A DNA stretch of 18,365 nt from Gemmatimonadota bacterium (GCA_031372565.1 JANMLN010000182.1:1-18365); one strand, 5' to 3'. Numbered from the stretch's first letter, positions 1 through 7,863 are shown. A program made the numbers and translations. Notes: a model not told the origin generated them from the sequence alone.

Positions 1-140
1 CCCACTCGAGCCTCGCGGAGCAGACCCCCGACCAGGCATACTTCACCTCCACCGCGCTGCGGCACGCCGCCGCAGCCTGACCGCCCCGCGGTCTACATAG
101 CCGAGCCCGTTTCACTGTCCGAAAAAGTGCGGCCACTTCT
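1..140 (+). mobile_element. Right end of an IS3-family insertion sequence: transposase C-terminus (3..80) and terminal inverted repeat (~115-140); runs off the left edge
   Basis: Frame 3 reads HSSLAEQTPDQAYFTSTALRHAAAA* (TGA 78-80), matching the (RP)HSSL..TP..AY tail of IS3-family OrfB. It is followed by ctgtccgaaaaagtgcggccacttct (115-140), which resembles IS3-family ends. Homology of the next gene to its paralog begins right after this point. Confidence 0.8.
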
Positions 141-142
141 CT

Positions 143-442
143 CCGCTCCCCGCCGTCTTCGGCGTATTGGTGGGCGGCTTTGCCGTCGCTGGCCTCATAA
201 CGGGAGTTGTCACTCCCGCGAACGCAGGCAAGTGGACCAGGAGAGGCATCGCTTTCGTGTCCCTTGTTCCTGTGATGGTGTCGGTGCCCATCGTGTTCGT
301 CAGAGACACGCAGCTTCCGGCTGCCGCCGTCGCAGTTTTTGCGTTCATTGAGTGTCTGATGGTCTCATTTCCATACGGCGACATTCAGGTAGCCGCGGCG
401 GCCTCAAGCGCAGCGAAGCGCAAGCGGGTCAGAGCCAAGTAG
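143..442 (+). pseudogene. 5'-truncated unknown membrane protein, paralog of 881..1264, interrupted by the IS3 element
   Basis: Codons 146-439 align without gaps to residues 30-127 of the 881..1264 protein (55/98 identical by hand count; KW.RRGIA, PVMVS.PIV, EC.M.SFPYGD) and share the stop position. The first ~28 codons are replaced by IS sequence. Confidence 0.75.
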
Positions 443-559
443 TGGGATTGGACTTGCCCGTGTTGAGTGGACACCGCGCCGTGGCGACGTGTGCGCGGCC
501 TCGAACTGGACAGGGCCGAGGCGCCCGCGGTGACCGTGGCGCCGGGAGCGATTTGTGGC

Positions 560-781
560 AGCACGCGGCTGACCACGAGCTGGACGTATGACGGCGAGCG
601 CGGCGGCGTACAACAGACGGTCTGGTCTCTTGCAGGGGGTGCGGCCGATACGATCAATCGCGCGTTCGACGGATACGGTCGCTACCGCAACATCGGCGCC
701 CCGAACGGAAAGGCGACATCGCTCACGTACTCCGCCGCCACTGGCGGCCTCGACACCGTCCTGTATCCACCGCTCGGTTCC
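560..781 (+). pseudogene. Rhs/YD-repeat protein fragment
   Basis: STRLTTSWTYDGERGGVQQTVWSLAGGAADTINRAFDGYGRYRNIGAPNGKATSLTYSAATGGLDTVLYP shows YD-repeat-like units (TYD, FDGYGR...PNG..T..TY...G.L..V.YP). There is no convincing start and no Rhs core end motif. Confidence 0.55.
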
Positions 782-880
782 CATCGCACCTCAGCTCGTA
801 CCTCCGAAGCGAGATCCATCGTGTCTACTCCTTCGAACCGCGCGATTGCGGAATGTCTGCTTGCGACGGCGGAAAGTGCT

Positions 881-1264
881 ATGATGGGATTCTTCTATTT
901 CCTGATCGTCGCAGTCGGCTTGTTGGTGACTGCTCGATCTGCACGGGCATTGACGCATCCACCATCGCTTCCCTCTGTCTTCGGTGTCTTCGTTGGCGGA
1001 TTCGGACTTGCCGGGCTGTTCGTCGGTCTATTCGCCCCCCCGGGAGCGCGGAAGTGGCCGCGCCGTGGCATCGCCCTCATCGCTCTCGCCCCTGTGATGG
1101 TGAGCATTCCGATCGTTCTCAACCGGAGTCTGGAGCTTGCACCTGGCGCGATCGCGGCATTTGCGCTGCTCGAGTGCATCATGTTGTCTTTTCCCTATGG
1201 GGATGTAATCGTAGCAGCGGCGACAGCAAGAGCTGCGAGGCGCAAGCACGATTCGAAGGGCTAG
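881..1264 (+). CDS. Hypothetical 127-aa membrane protein with about 4 hydrophobic segments
   Basis: ATG at 881 (or 884) after purine-rich ggaaag, four hydrophobic stretches and a basic tail. Gapless conservation with the 143..442 paralog supports real coding. The track ORF from 467 adds the Rhs-like fragment in frame. Confidence 0.75.
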   Translation: MMGFFYFLIVAVGLLVTARSARALTHPPSLPSVFGVFVGGFGLAGLFVGLFAPPGARKWPRRGIALIALAPVMVSIPIVLNRSLELAPGAIAAFALLECIMLSFPYGDVIVAAATARAARRKHDSKG

Positions 1265-1273
1265 AAGATGCTT

Positions 1274-1430
1274 TGCCGTTGGCCCCGTTTTCAGACAGCG
1301 AATGAGGAGAGTCAGGCAGCTTCGTGATGTGACCTCAATAGCCGGGAGGTTCACCGCTTTCGCCCGCCCCGCAACGCACGTGCGCCCTTGAACCAGTCCA
1401 CATAGGGCAGCGGCGAGCACTCGCAAGGCC
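1274..1430 (-). mobile_element. Possible decayed IS3-family right end
   Basis: tgccgttggccccgttttcagacag (1274-1298) begins with TG and resembles the reverse complement of 115-140. The minus strand has '...EAA*' ending at 1312 just inside it, and a frameshifted 'EALRVLAA/YVDWF' resembling the OrfB tail. Confidence 0.35.
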
Positions 1431-1474
1431 TCCCGCCCGTTGCGATCGCTGCCACGCCGCACGAACTTGCCCCC

Positions 1475-2860
1475 ATGCAGATCGAGTTCAGCGGCGCCGC
1501 GCGCGAGGTCACCGGCTCGTGTCACATCGTGCGCGTCAACGGCCGCACCGTGCTCCTCGACTGCGGGCTCTTCCAGGGACGACGTGCCGACTCACGCGCC
1601 AAGAACGAGCGGCTGCCGCTCCCGGTCGGCGAGATCGACGCGATCGTTCTCTCGCACGCGCACATCGATCACGCGGGGCGCTTGCCCTACCTCGTCGCCC
1701 GCGGGTACACGGGTTCGATCTGGTGCACCGCCGCGACGCGCGACCTGTGTGGCCTGATGCTCGCCGACAGTGCGCACATCCAGGAGCAGGACGCGCGCTT
1801 CCTCTCGAAGCGCGGCAAAGCGCACGCCGAACCGCTGTACAGCATGGCGCACGCGGTCAAGGCGGTCGAGCAGATGATCGGTGTCGGATACCGGCGGCCG
1901 GTCGACATACTGCCCGGCATCCGCGTGACCTTCCACGAGGCGGGCCACATTCTGGGGTCGGCGTCCGTGGTGCTCGATGTAGGCGAGGGCACCGACGCGC
2001 GACGGCTCGTCTTCTCGGGTGACGTCGGCCGCAAGGGACTCGCGATCATTCGTGATCCTGATCCGCCCACGGGTGCGCATGTCGTGATCATGGAGAGCAC
2101 GTACGGGAATCGCGACCACGAATCGATCGATGGCGCGCGCGAGCATCTGGGGACGGTCGTGCGCGAGACCGCGGCGCGCGGCGGCAAGGTGTTCGTGCCG
2201 TCGTTCGCGGTGGGACGCACGCAGGAGCTGGTCTACGACCTGCACGTGCTCGCCCGCGATGGCCAGATCCCGCGCATCCCGATCTTCGTCGATTCGCCGC
2301 TCGCCACCAACACCACGGCGGTCTTCGCCGCACATCCGGACCTGTACGACCAGACGGAAGCGCCGGTGCGGGAACTCGGCGACCTCTTTGCGTTTGACCT
2401 GCTGCAGTTCACGCGTGATGTCCAACAGTCCAAGAACCTCGATGCACTCCGCGGACCAGCCGTCATCATCTCGGCGTCGGGCATGGCCGAGTCCGGACGG
2501 ATCCTGCACCACCTGGCGCACGGGGCGCCCGATCCGCGCAACACGATCCTGATCGTGGGGTTCCAGGCCGAGCACACGCTCGGGCGCCGGATCGTCGAGG
2601 AGCGCGAGGTGCTGCGCATCTTCGGCGACGAGGTCCCGCGCCGCGCCCAGGTGGCCGTGCTCAACGGGTACAGCGCGCACGCGGATCGTACCGAACTCAC
2701 CCAGTGGCTGGATGCGGTGCGCGCCGGCTCGCCGGGCTTGCAGCAGGTGGCGCTGGTGCACGGCGAACCCGCGGCCCAGGACGCGCTGTCGGCGGCCCTC
2801 GCCTCGCACGGGGTGCGCGTGCAGGTGCCAGCCCCGGGCGATCGTCTGCACGTCGCCTGA
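1475..2860 (+). CDS. MBL-fold metallo-hydrolase of the beta-CASP family (putative RNA-processing nuclease)
   Basis: GAAREVTGSCH, LLDCG, SHAHIDH, AGHILGS, FSGD, MESTYG, SASGM, YSAHAD and VHGE motifs. Confidence 0.95.
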   Translation: MQIEFSGAAREVTGSCHIVRVNGRTVLLDCGLFQGRRADSRAKNERLPLPVGEIDAIVLSHAHIDHAGRLPYLVARGYTGSIWCTAATRDLCGLMLADSAHIQEQDARFLSKRGKAHAEPLYSMAHAVKAVEQMIGVGYRRPVDILPGIRVTFHEAGHILGSASVVLDVGEGTDARRLVFSGDVGRKGLAIIRDPDPPTGAHVVIMESTYGNRDHESIDGAREHLGTVVRETAARGGKVFVPSFAVGRTQELVYDLHVLARDGQIPRIPIFVDSPLATNTTAVFAAHPDLYDQTEAPVRELGDLFAFDLLQFTRDVQQSKNLDALRGPAVIISASGMAESGRILHHLAHGAPDPRNTILIVGFQAEHTLGRRIVEEREVLRIFGDEVPRRAQVAVLNGYSAHADRTELTQWLDAVRAGSPGLQQVALVHGEPAAQDALSAALASHGVRVQVPAPGDRLHVA

Positions 2861-2878
2861 GCGCGCCGATTAAGTATC

Positions 2879-3487
2879 ATGAAGCGTATAATAGTAGTAG
2901 TCGGGCGCGTGGCGGTTGTTCTCGTGGCCATGGGGCTGCTGGTCTGGCTGGGGCTCATGGTGGCCGTGCTGCGTGCCGGGAGTACCGACCAAGCCGCCGG
3001 TGCGGGGGTGGGCAGCGCAGATGCGATCGTGGTGCTGGGGGCGGCGCAGTACGACGGGCGCCCGTCGCCGGTGCTCAAGCTCCGGCTCGATCATGCGATT
3101 GCCCTGTGGAAACGACAGGCGGCGCCGCGGATCATCTTCACGGGCGGGCGCGGACCGGGCGACACGACCAGCGAGGCGGCGGTCGGGCGACGCTACGCCG
3201 AGCGGGCCGGCGTTCCGGACACGGCGGTGCTGGCGGAGACGCAGGGGCGGTCGACGCGGGAGTCGGTGGCCGCGGTGGTGACGATCGCGCGGGAGCGGGG
3301 GATCAAGCGGGTGATCGTCGTGAGCGACGCGTCCCATGTGCTGCGGGTGGCGGTGCTGGCGCGGCAGGGGGGGCTGGAGCCGGTGATGTCGCCGGCGCGG
3401 TTGGGGGAGATCAGGAGGGATTGGAGGCAGGTGGTGGGGGAGTCGGTGAAGGTGGCGGTGGCGTGGGTGGGGCGGTTCGGAGACTGA
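2879..3487 (+). CDS. YdcF/DUF218 (ElyC/SanA-like) membrane-anchored protein
   Basis: N-terminal TM segment; ADAIVVLGAA, RLDHAIAL, IIFTGG, SEA, E..GRSTRES, VSD..H..R. The exact start is uncertain. Confidence 0.9.
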   Translation: MKRIIVVVGRVAVVLVAMGLLVWLGLMVAVLRAGSTDQAAGAGVGSADAIVVLGAAQYDGRPSPVLKLRLDHAIALWKRQAAPRIIFTGGRGPGDTTSEAAVGRRYAERAGVPDTAVLAETQGRSTRESVAAVVTIARERGIKRVIVVSDASHVLRVAVLARQGGLEPVMSPARLGEIRRDWRQVVGESVKVAVAWVGRFGD

Positions 3488-3573
3488 GAGTTCGAGGGAG
3501 GGGGAAGGAGGGTGGGAGAGGTGCGGTGGGGGAGACACAGAGCACACGGAGCCGCACAGAGAGGGGGTGGGGG

Positions 3574-3609
3574 AAGGGCAAGGGCAACGGCAACTGCTAC
3601 GGCAACGGC
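3574..3609 (+). repeat. Degenerate hexamer tandem repeat (aacggc-like x6) inside a G-rich spacer
   Basis: aagggc aagggc aacggc aactgc tacggc aacggc. Confidence 0.75.
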
Positions 3610-3664
3610 TGGAGTACTTGAGAGGGCTATTGGCGGGGGGTGGCGCGGGTGAGAGTTTTCGCTC

Positions 3665-4939
3665 ATGCGAATTCCGATCGACAGTTACGTGCTGAGCAAT
3701 GGGCTGCGGGTGACGCTGAGCGAGGATCATCGCGCGCCGATCGTGGCGGTCAACCTGTGGTATCACGTGGGCTCGGCCAACGAGCGTGAGGGGCGGACGG
3801 GGTTTGCGCACCTCTTCGAGCACATGCTGTTCCAGGGGAGTGAGCATGTGGGGGCCAACGAGCACTTCGAGTTGGTGCAACGCGCGGGGGGGACGCTCAA
3901 CGGGTCCACATGGCTCGAGCGCACCAACTACTACGAAACGGTGCCGAGTCATCATCTCGAAACGGCGCTGTGGCTTGAGGCCGACCGGATGGGGCGGCTG
4001 CTGCCGGCGATGACGCAGGAGAAGCTCGATACGCAGCGCAGCGTGGTGCAGAACGAGCGGCGGTGGAGCGTGGACAACCAGCCGTATGGCACCTGGTGGG
4101 AGAAGTTGCCGGCGCTGTGCTTTCCCGCGTCACATCCGTTCCATCACTCGCTGATCGGATCGTTTGCCGATCTGGATGCGGCGAGCCTCGAGGATATCGC
4201 GGGCTTTTTCTCGACGTACTACACCCCGGACAACGCCGTCCTCACGATCGCGGGGGATTTCGAGGCGGCCGAGGCGCGGGCGCTGGTGGAGAAGCACTTC
4301 GGCTCGATCGCGCGCGGTGGTGGACGTCCCGCGCTGCCGGACATGTCGCTGCCCGCCACGTTCGGCACCTGGTTGCGCGAGACGGTGGAAGACGACGTGA
4401 TGGTGCCGCGGCTCTTCCTCGCGAGCCGGTCGCCGGCGTTCGGGACGGAGGCGTACTACGCGGCGAGCCTGTGCGCGGCCGTGCTGGGGTTGCGGCGCGG
4501 GAGTCGGCTGCGCCGCGCGCTCGTGCGCGAGCAGGAAGTGGCGAGTGCGGTGAGCGTGAGTACGTGGGACCTGGCCAAGGGGGCCGATCTGTTCGTGGTC
4601 GACGCCACGGCGCGGCCGGGGGTGACGGCCGAGCAGCTGGAAGCGGCGGTGGCGGTGGAGCTGGATCGTGTGGTCGCGGATGGCGTGCGCGAGGACGAGG
4701 TGTCGCGCGCGGTGGCGCTCCTCGAGACCGATATGGTGCTGGCGCTGCAGTCGGCCGGGGATCGTGCGGACAAGCTCAGCATGCATGCGACGTTGTTCGG
4801 TGAGCCGGAGCGGGTGAACGGTGAACTGGAGCGGTATCGCGGCGTGACCGCGGCGCAGGTGACGGCGTTTGCGCGCGAGCGGCTGGGGCCGGACAATCGG
4901 GCGAGCTTGATGTACGTGCCGAAGCGGGGGGAAGGGTGA
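3665..4939 (+). CDS. M16 (pitrilysin/insulinase) zinc peptidase, catalytic subunit
   Basis: LSNGLRV, WYHVGS.NE..GRTGFAHLFEHMLFQGS (HxxEH), NGST..ERTNYYE, YYTPDNA.L.IAGD. Confidence 0.95.
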   Translation: MRIPIDSYVLSNGLRVTLSEDHRAPIVAVNLWYHVGSANEREGRTGFAHLFEHMLFQGSEHVGANEHFELVQRAGGTLNGSTWLERTNYYETVPSHHLETALWLEADRMGRLLPAMTQEKLDTQRSVVQNERRWSVDNQPYGTWWEKLPALCFPASHPFHHSLIGSFADLDAASLEDIAGFFSTYYTPDNAVLTIAGDFEAAEARALVEKHFGSIARGGGRPALPDMSLPATFGTWLRETVEDDVMVPRLFLASRSPAFGTEAYYAASLCAAVLGLRRGSRLRRALVREQEVASAVSVSTWDLAKGADLFVVDATARPGVTAEQLEAAVAVELDRVVADGVREDEVSRAVALLETDMVLALQSAGDRADKLSMHATLFGEPERVNGELERYRGVTAAQVTAFARERLGPDNRASLMYVPKRGEG

Positions 4940-6378
4940 GAGTGGACCACAAACAGATCCTTCGCTTCGCTCAGGATGACGGGGGAGGTGTGCAGTTCAA
5001 CAAGCCGACGCCGGGAACGGCGCGCCCGTATCACTTCCCGCGCTTCACGCGGACCACGCTGTCCAACGGACTGCGCGTGATCGTGGCGCCCGTGCGTGAC
5101 CTGCCGTTGGTGACGCTGCACGCCTTCGTGGATGCCGGGGCGACGCACGACCCGCGCGGACAGGAAGGGGTGGCGCTGCTCACGGCCGCCCTCATGGGCG
5201 AAGGCACGTTGGCCCACGATGGTGCGGCACTCGCCGATCGCTTCGAGCGACTCGGCACCACGCTCGAAGTCGGTGCCGACTGGGATTCGGCGGCGCTCGA
5301 GGTGACCGGACTGAGCGAGCGGTTCGAGGCGTTCGTCGCGTTGCTTTCCGAGGTGTTGCGTACGCCGGCGTTCGCTGAACGCGAGGTCGCGCGCCTGCGT
5401 GGTGAGCGACTCGCGGAGCTGCTCGAGCAACGCGCCGAGCCCCGTGGGTTGGCCGATGACATGTTTGCGCGCTTCGCGTACGCCGAGGGCGCACGATACG
5501 GGATGCCGGCGGGGGGCAACGAAGCGTCGGTGGGAGCGCTCACGCGCGATGCGTTCGTGGCGTTTCATGCGGCGCGCTACACACCGTCGACCACGACGCT
5601 GATCATTGCGGGCGATATCGACGCCGATGCGGCGCTGTGTGCCGTGGTGGCGCAGCTGGGCGATTGGAGCGCGCAGCCAACCACGACGGCTGACGGCCGC
5701 GCGCCCGATGCACCGAGCACGGTGGCGCGCGGGATCGACCTGATCGTGAAGCCGGACGCCCCGCAGTCGGAGTTGCGCGTGGGGCACGTCGCCATCGCGC
5801 GCGGGAACCCCGCGTGGCTGCGCGTGCACGTGATGAACGCGATCCTGGGCGGACTCTTTTCGTCGCGCATCAATCTCAACCTGCGCGAGAAGAACGCCTA
5901 CACGTACGGCGCGTTCTCCTCGGTCGATGCTCGGCGGCATGCGGGCTGCTTCGAGGTGTCGACGGCGGTCCAGTCGGACGTCACGGCCCCGGCGCTTCGC
6001 GAGATTTTTGCCGAGATCACGGGGATCACGCAGGGCGAGGTGTCGGCAGACGAACTCTCGTTGGCCACGGCGTACCTCGAGGGGGTGTTCCCGATCCGCT
6101 TCGAGACGACGTCGGCGGTGGCGGGGGCGCTCGCGAACCTCGTGATCTTCGGCCTGGCCGATGACTACTACGACACGTATCGCGCCTCGGTGCGCGGGAT
6201 GACGACGGCCGACGTGCTGGCGGGTGCGCGCACGCTGCTGCGTCCGGCGGAGCTACGCATCGTGGTGGTGGGTGATCCGGCGCAGGTGCGGGAGGCGCTC
6301 GCGGGTCTCGAGCTGGGTCCCGTGCGCGAGTGGGACCCGACGGGCGCCCCCGCGACCGATCGCATGAAGTCAGAATAA
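4936..6378 (+). CDS. M16 peptidase, non-catalytic partner subunit
   Basis: LSNGLRV, IIAGDID, NAILGG.FSSRINLNLREKNAYTYGA; no HxxEH motif. The GTG at 4936 overlaps the upstream TGA; an alternative GTG lies at 4990. Confidence 0.92.
   Translation: MRVDHKQILRFAQDDGGGVQFNKPTPGTARPYHFPRFTRTTLSNGLRVIVAPVRDLPLVTLHAFVDAGATHDPRGQEGVALLTAALMGEGTLAHDGAALADRFERLGTTLEVGADWDSAALEVTGLSERFEAFVALLSEVLRTPAFAEREVARLRGERLAELLEQRAEPRGLADDMFARFAYAEGARYGMPAGGNEASVGALTRDAFVAFHAARYTPSTTTLIIAGDIDADAALCAVVAQLGDWSAQPTTTADGRAPDAPSTVARGIDLIVKPDAPQSELRVGHVAIARGNPAWLRVHVMNAILGGLFSSRINLNLREKNAYTYGAFSSVDARRHAGCFEVSTAVQSDVTAPALREIFAEITGITQGEVSADELSLATAYLEGVFPIRFETTSAVAGALANLVIFGLADDYYDTYRASVRGMTTADVLAGARTLLRPAELRIVVVGDPAQVREALAGLELGPVREWDPTGAPATDRMKSE
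4954..4981 (-). repeat. CGTC-tagged REP-like palindrome
   Basis: Minus strand cgtcatcctgagcgaagcgaaggatctg with an atcct/aggat stem; near-identical to the copies at 8822-8895. Confidence 0.85.
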
Positions 6379-6405
6379 GTCACTCAACTACACAAATAGT
6401 AGATC

Positions 6406-6963
6406 ATGGCAAGCCTCGAGCCCGGCAAGATCAGCACGCGGCGCGCCTATGCGGGGCGCGTCATCTCCCTGGACGTCGATACGGTGCGCTTCCCCGACGG
6501 GAGCACCGGCGAACTGGAGATGGTGCGTCACCCGGGGGCGAGCGCGATCGTCCCGTTCCTGAGCGACCCGGCCGGCGAGGACCCGCAGCTGCTGCTGCTC
6601 AAGCAGTACCGCTACGCCGCCGAATCGGTGTTGTACGAGGTGCCGGCCGGCCGACTGGATGCCGGAGAAACGCCTCTGGCCTGCGCGCACCGCGAGCTGT
6701 TGGAGGAGACGGGGTGCCGCGCCGAGCGGATGGAGCCCTTGTTCAGCATGTTCACGACGCCTGGATTCACCGACGAGAAGATTCACCTCTTCATGGCGGT
6801 CGGGCTGACCGTGGGCGAGTCGAAGCGCGAGGCGGACGAGTTCATCGAGCTGGAGCGCGTGCGGCTGTCGCGCGCGCTGGAGATGATCGAGCAGGGGATC
6901 ATCCAGGATGCCAAGACGGCGCTCGCGATCCTGTATGCCGCGGGGTTCCGGGCAGGGAAGTGA
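6406..6963 (+). CDS. Nudix hydrolase, ADP-ribose pyrophosphatase (NudF)-like
   Basis: Nudix box GRLDAGETPLACAHRELLEETG; VRHPGA, QYRY, PGFTDEKIHLF, DEFIE, DAKT. Confidence 0.93.
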   Translation: MASLEPGKISTRRAYAGRVISLDVDTVRFPDGSTGELEMVRHPGASAIVPFLSDPAGEDPQLLLLKQYRYAAESVLYEVPAGRLDAGETPLACAHRELLEETGCRAERMEPLFSMFTTPGFTDEKIHLFMAVGLTVGESKREADEFIELERVRLSRALEMIEQGIIQDAKTALAILYAAGFRAGK

Positions 6964-7056
6964 GCTGACGCGGGTGTCCTGATTCTGGAAATGGCGCCCA
7001 CTAAAGAGGACATTCGGGCGTGTTTGGCTGGGCGGTCCGCCGTGAATCATCACGTG

Positions 7057-7081
7057 TAAGTCGTTTCATAACTACGACTTA
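7057..7081. promoter_or_regulatory. Inverted repeat (8-bp arms, 9-bp spacer), candidate protein-binding site
   Basis: taagtcgt-ttcataact-acgactta in an AT-rich spacer upstream of the ECF sigma gene. Confidence 0.5.
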
Positions 7082-7108
7082 GCAGAAAGTTCCTGAGATT
7101 GGCCTCGG

Positions 7109-7124
7109 CGGCACGAACCGTGCT
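7109..7124 (+). promoter_or_regulatory. Sigma54 (RpoN) -24/-12 promoter candidate
   Basis: cGGCACG-aacc-gTGCt versus consensus TGGCACG-N4-TTGCW, with exact GG-N10-GC spacing, 66 nt before the ATG at 7191. Confidence 0.6.
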
Positions 7125-7190
7125 TTACAAGGAGGTGTCACATGATTGGCCCGGTCGGGTCGATCGATGCCCCTTGTTCAGGAGCCCGCC

Positions 7191-7826
7191 ATGCGAGACG
7201 CTGCCCGCAAGCTGTCCCCGATGCCCTCCGCGCCTGTTCGGCCGGAAGTGGTCGCGACGGAGGACGCCGAGCTGGTGCGCGCGTGCCTCACCGGCGATGA
7301 GCGCGCGTTCCGCGAGATCGTGACCCGGTATCAGTCGCGGCTCCTGAACTTCATCTACCGGACGATCGGCGATCGTGAGCGCGCCGAGGACCTCGTGCAG
7401 GAGGTCTTCATCCGGGTGTACCGTCACATGGCGCGGTTCGACCAGACGAAGAAGTTCTCGACGTGGATCTACACGATCGCGTCGAACCTGGCGAAGAACG
7501 AGCTGCGCAATCGGTCGCGCAATCCGTTGGTGCTCTTCCAGACGCTGACGCAGGGCTGGGACGACGAGGAGCGGCCGCTGGAGTTCGAGGATCCGGATGC
7601 GCGCCCGGACGACCAGTTCCGCAAGCGGCACCTGCGCGAGCTGATCGACAAGTTCGTGGCGCAGCTGCCGGTGCATCACCGCGAGGTGTTCGTGCTGCGC
7701 GAGCTCGAGGGCAAGAGCTACGAGGAGATCGCCGAGATCACCTCGTGCAACCTGGGCACGGTCAAGTCGCGACTGAATCGCGCGCGGACGAGCTTTGCAG
7801 CGCTGATCGGGCCGTCGCTGACGTAG
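7191..7826 (+). CDS. ECF (RpoE-like) sigma-70 factor
   Basis: Region 2: AEDLVQEVFIRVYRH..RFD..KKFSTWIYTIASNLAKNELR. Region 4: REVFVLRELEGKSYEEIAEIT..NLGTVKSRLNRAR. SD aggag at 7180-7184 favours ATG 7191 over the track start at 7146. Confidence 0.95.
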   Translation: MRDAARKLSPMPSAPVRPEVVATEDAELVRACLTGDERAFREIVTRYQSRLLNFIYRTIGDRERAEDLVQEVFIRVYRHMARFDQTKKFSTWIYTIASNLAKNELRNRSRNPLVLFQTLTQGWDDEERPLEFEDPDARPDDQFRKRHLRELIDKFVAQLPVHHREVFVLRELEGKSYEEIAEITSCNLGTVKSRLNRARTSFAALIGPSLT

Positions 7827-7863
7827 GTGATGGGGGCGCGCGGGTGAGCGGGGTCGGGGTTTC

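Noticed and set aside
141..1273. Integron cassette array explaining the tandem small genes
   Set aside because: I found no attC-like RYYYAAC...GTTRRRY pairs after either stop codon.
1475..2860. MBL nuclease as an anti-phage defence component
   Set aside because: It has all the motifs of the widespread housekeeping beta-CASP family, host-like codon usage and no defence partners.
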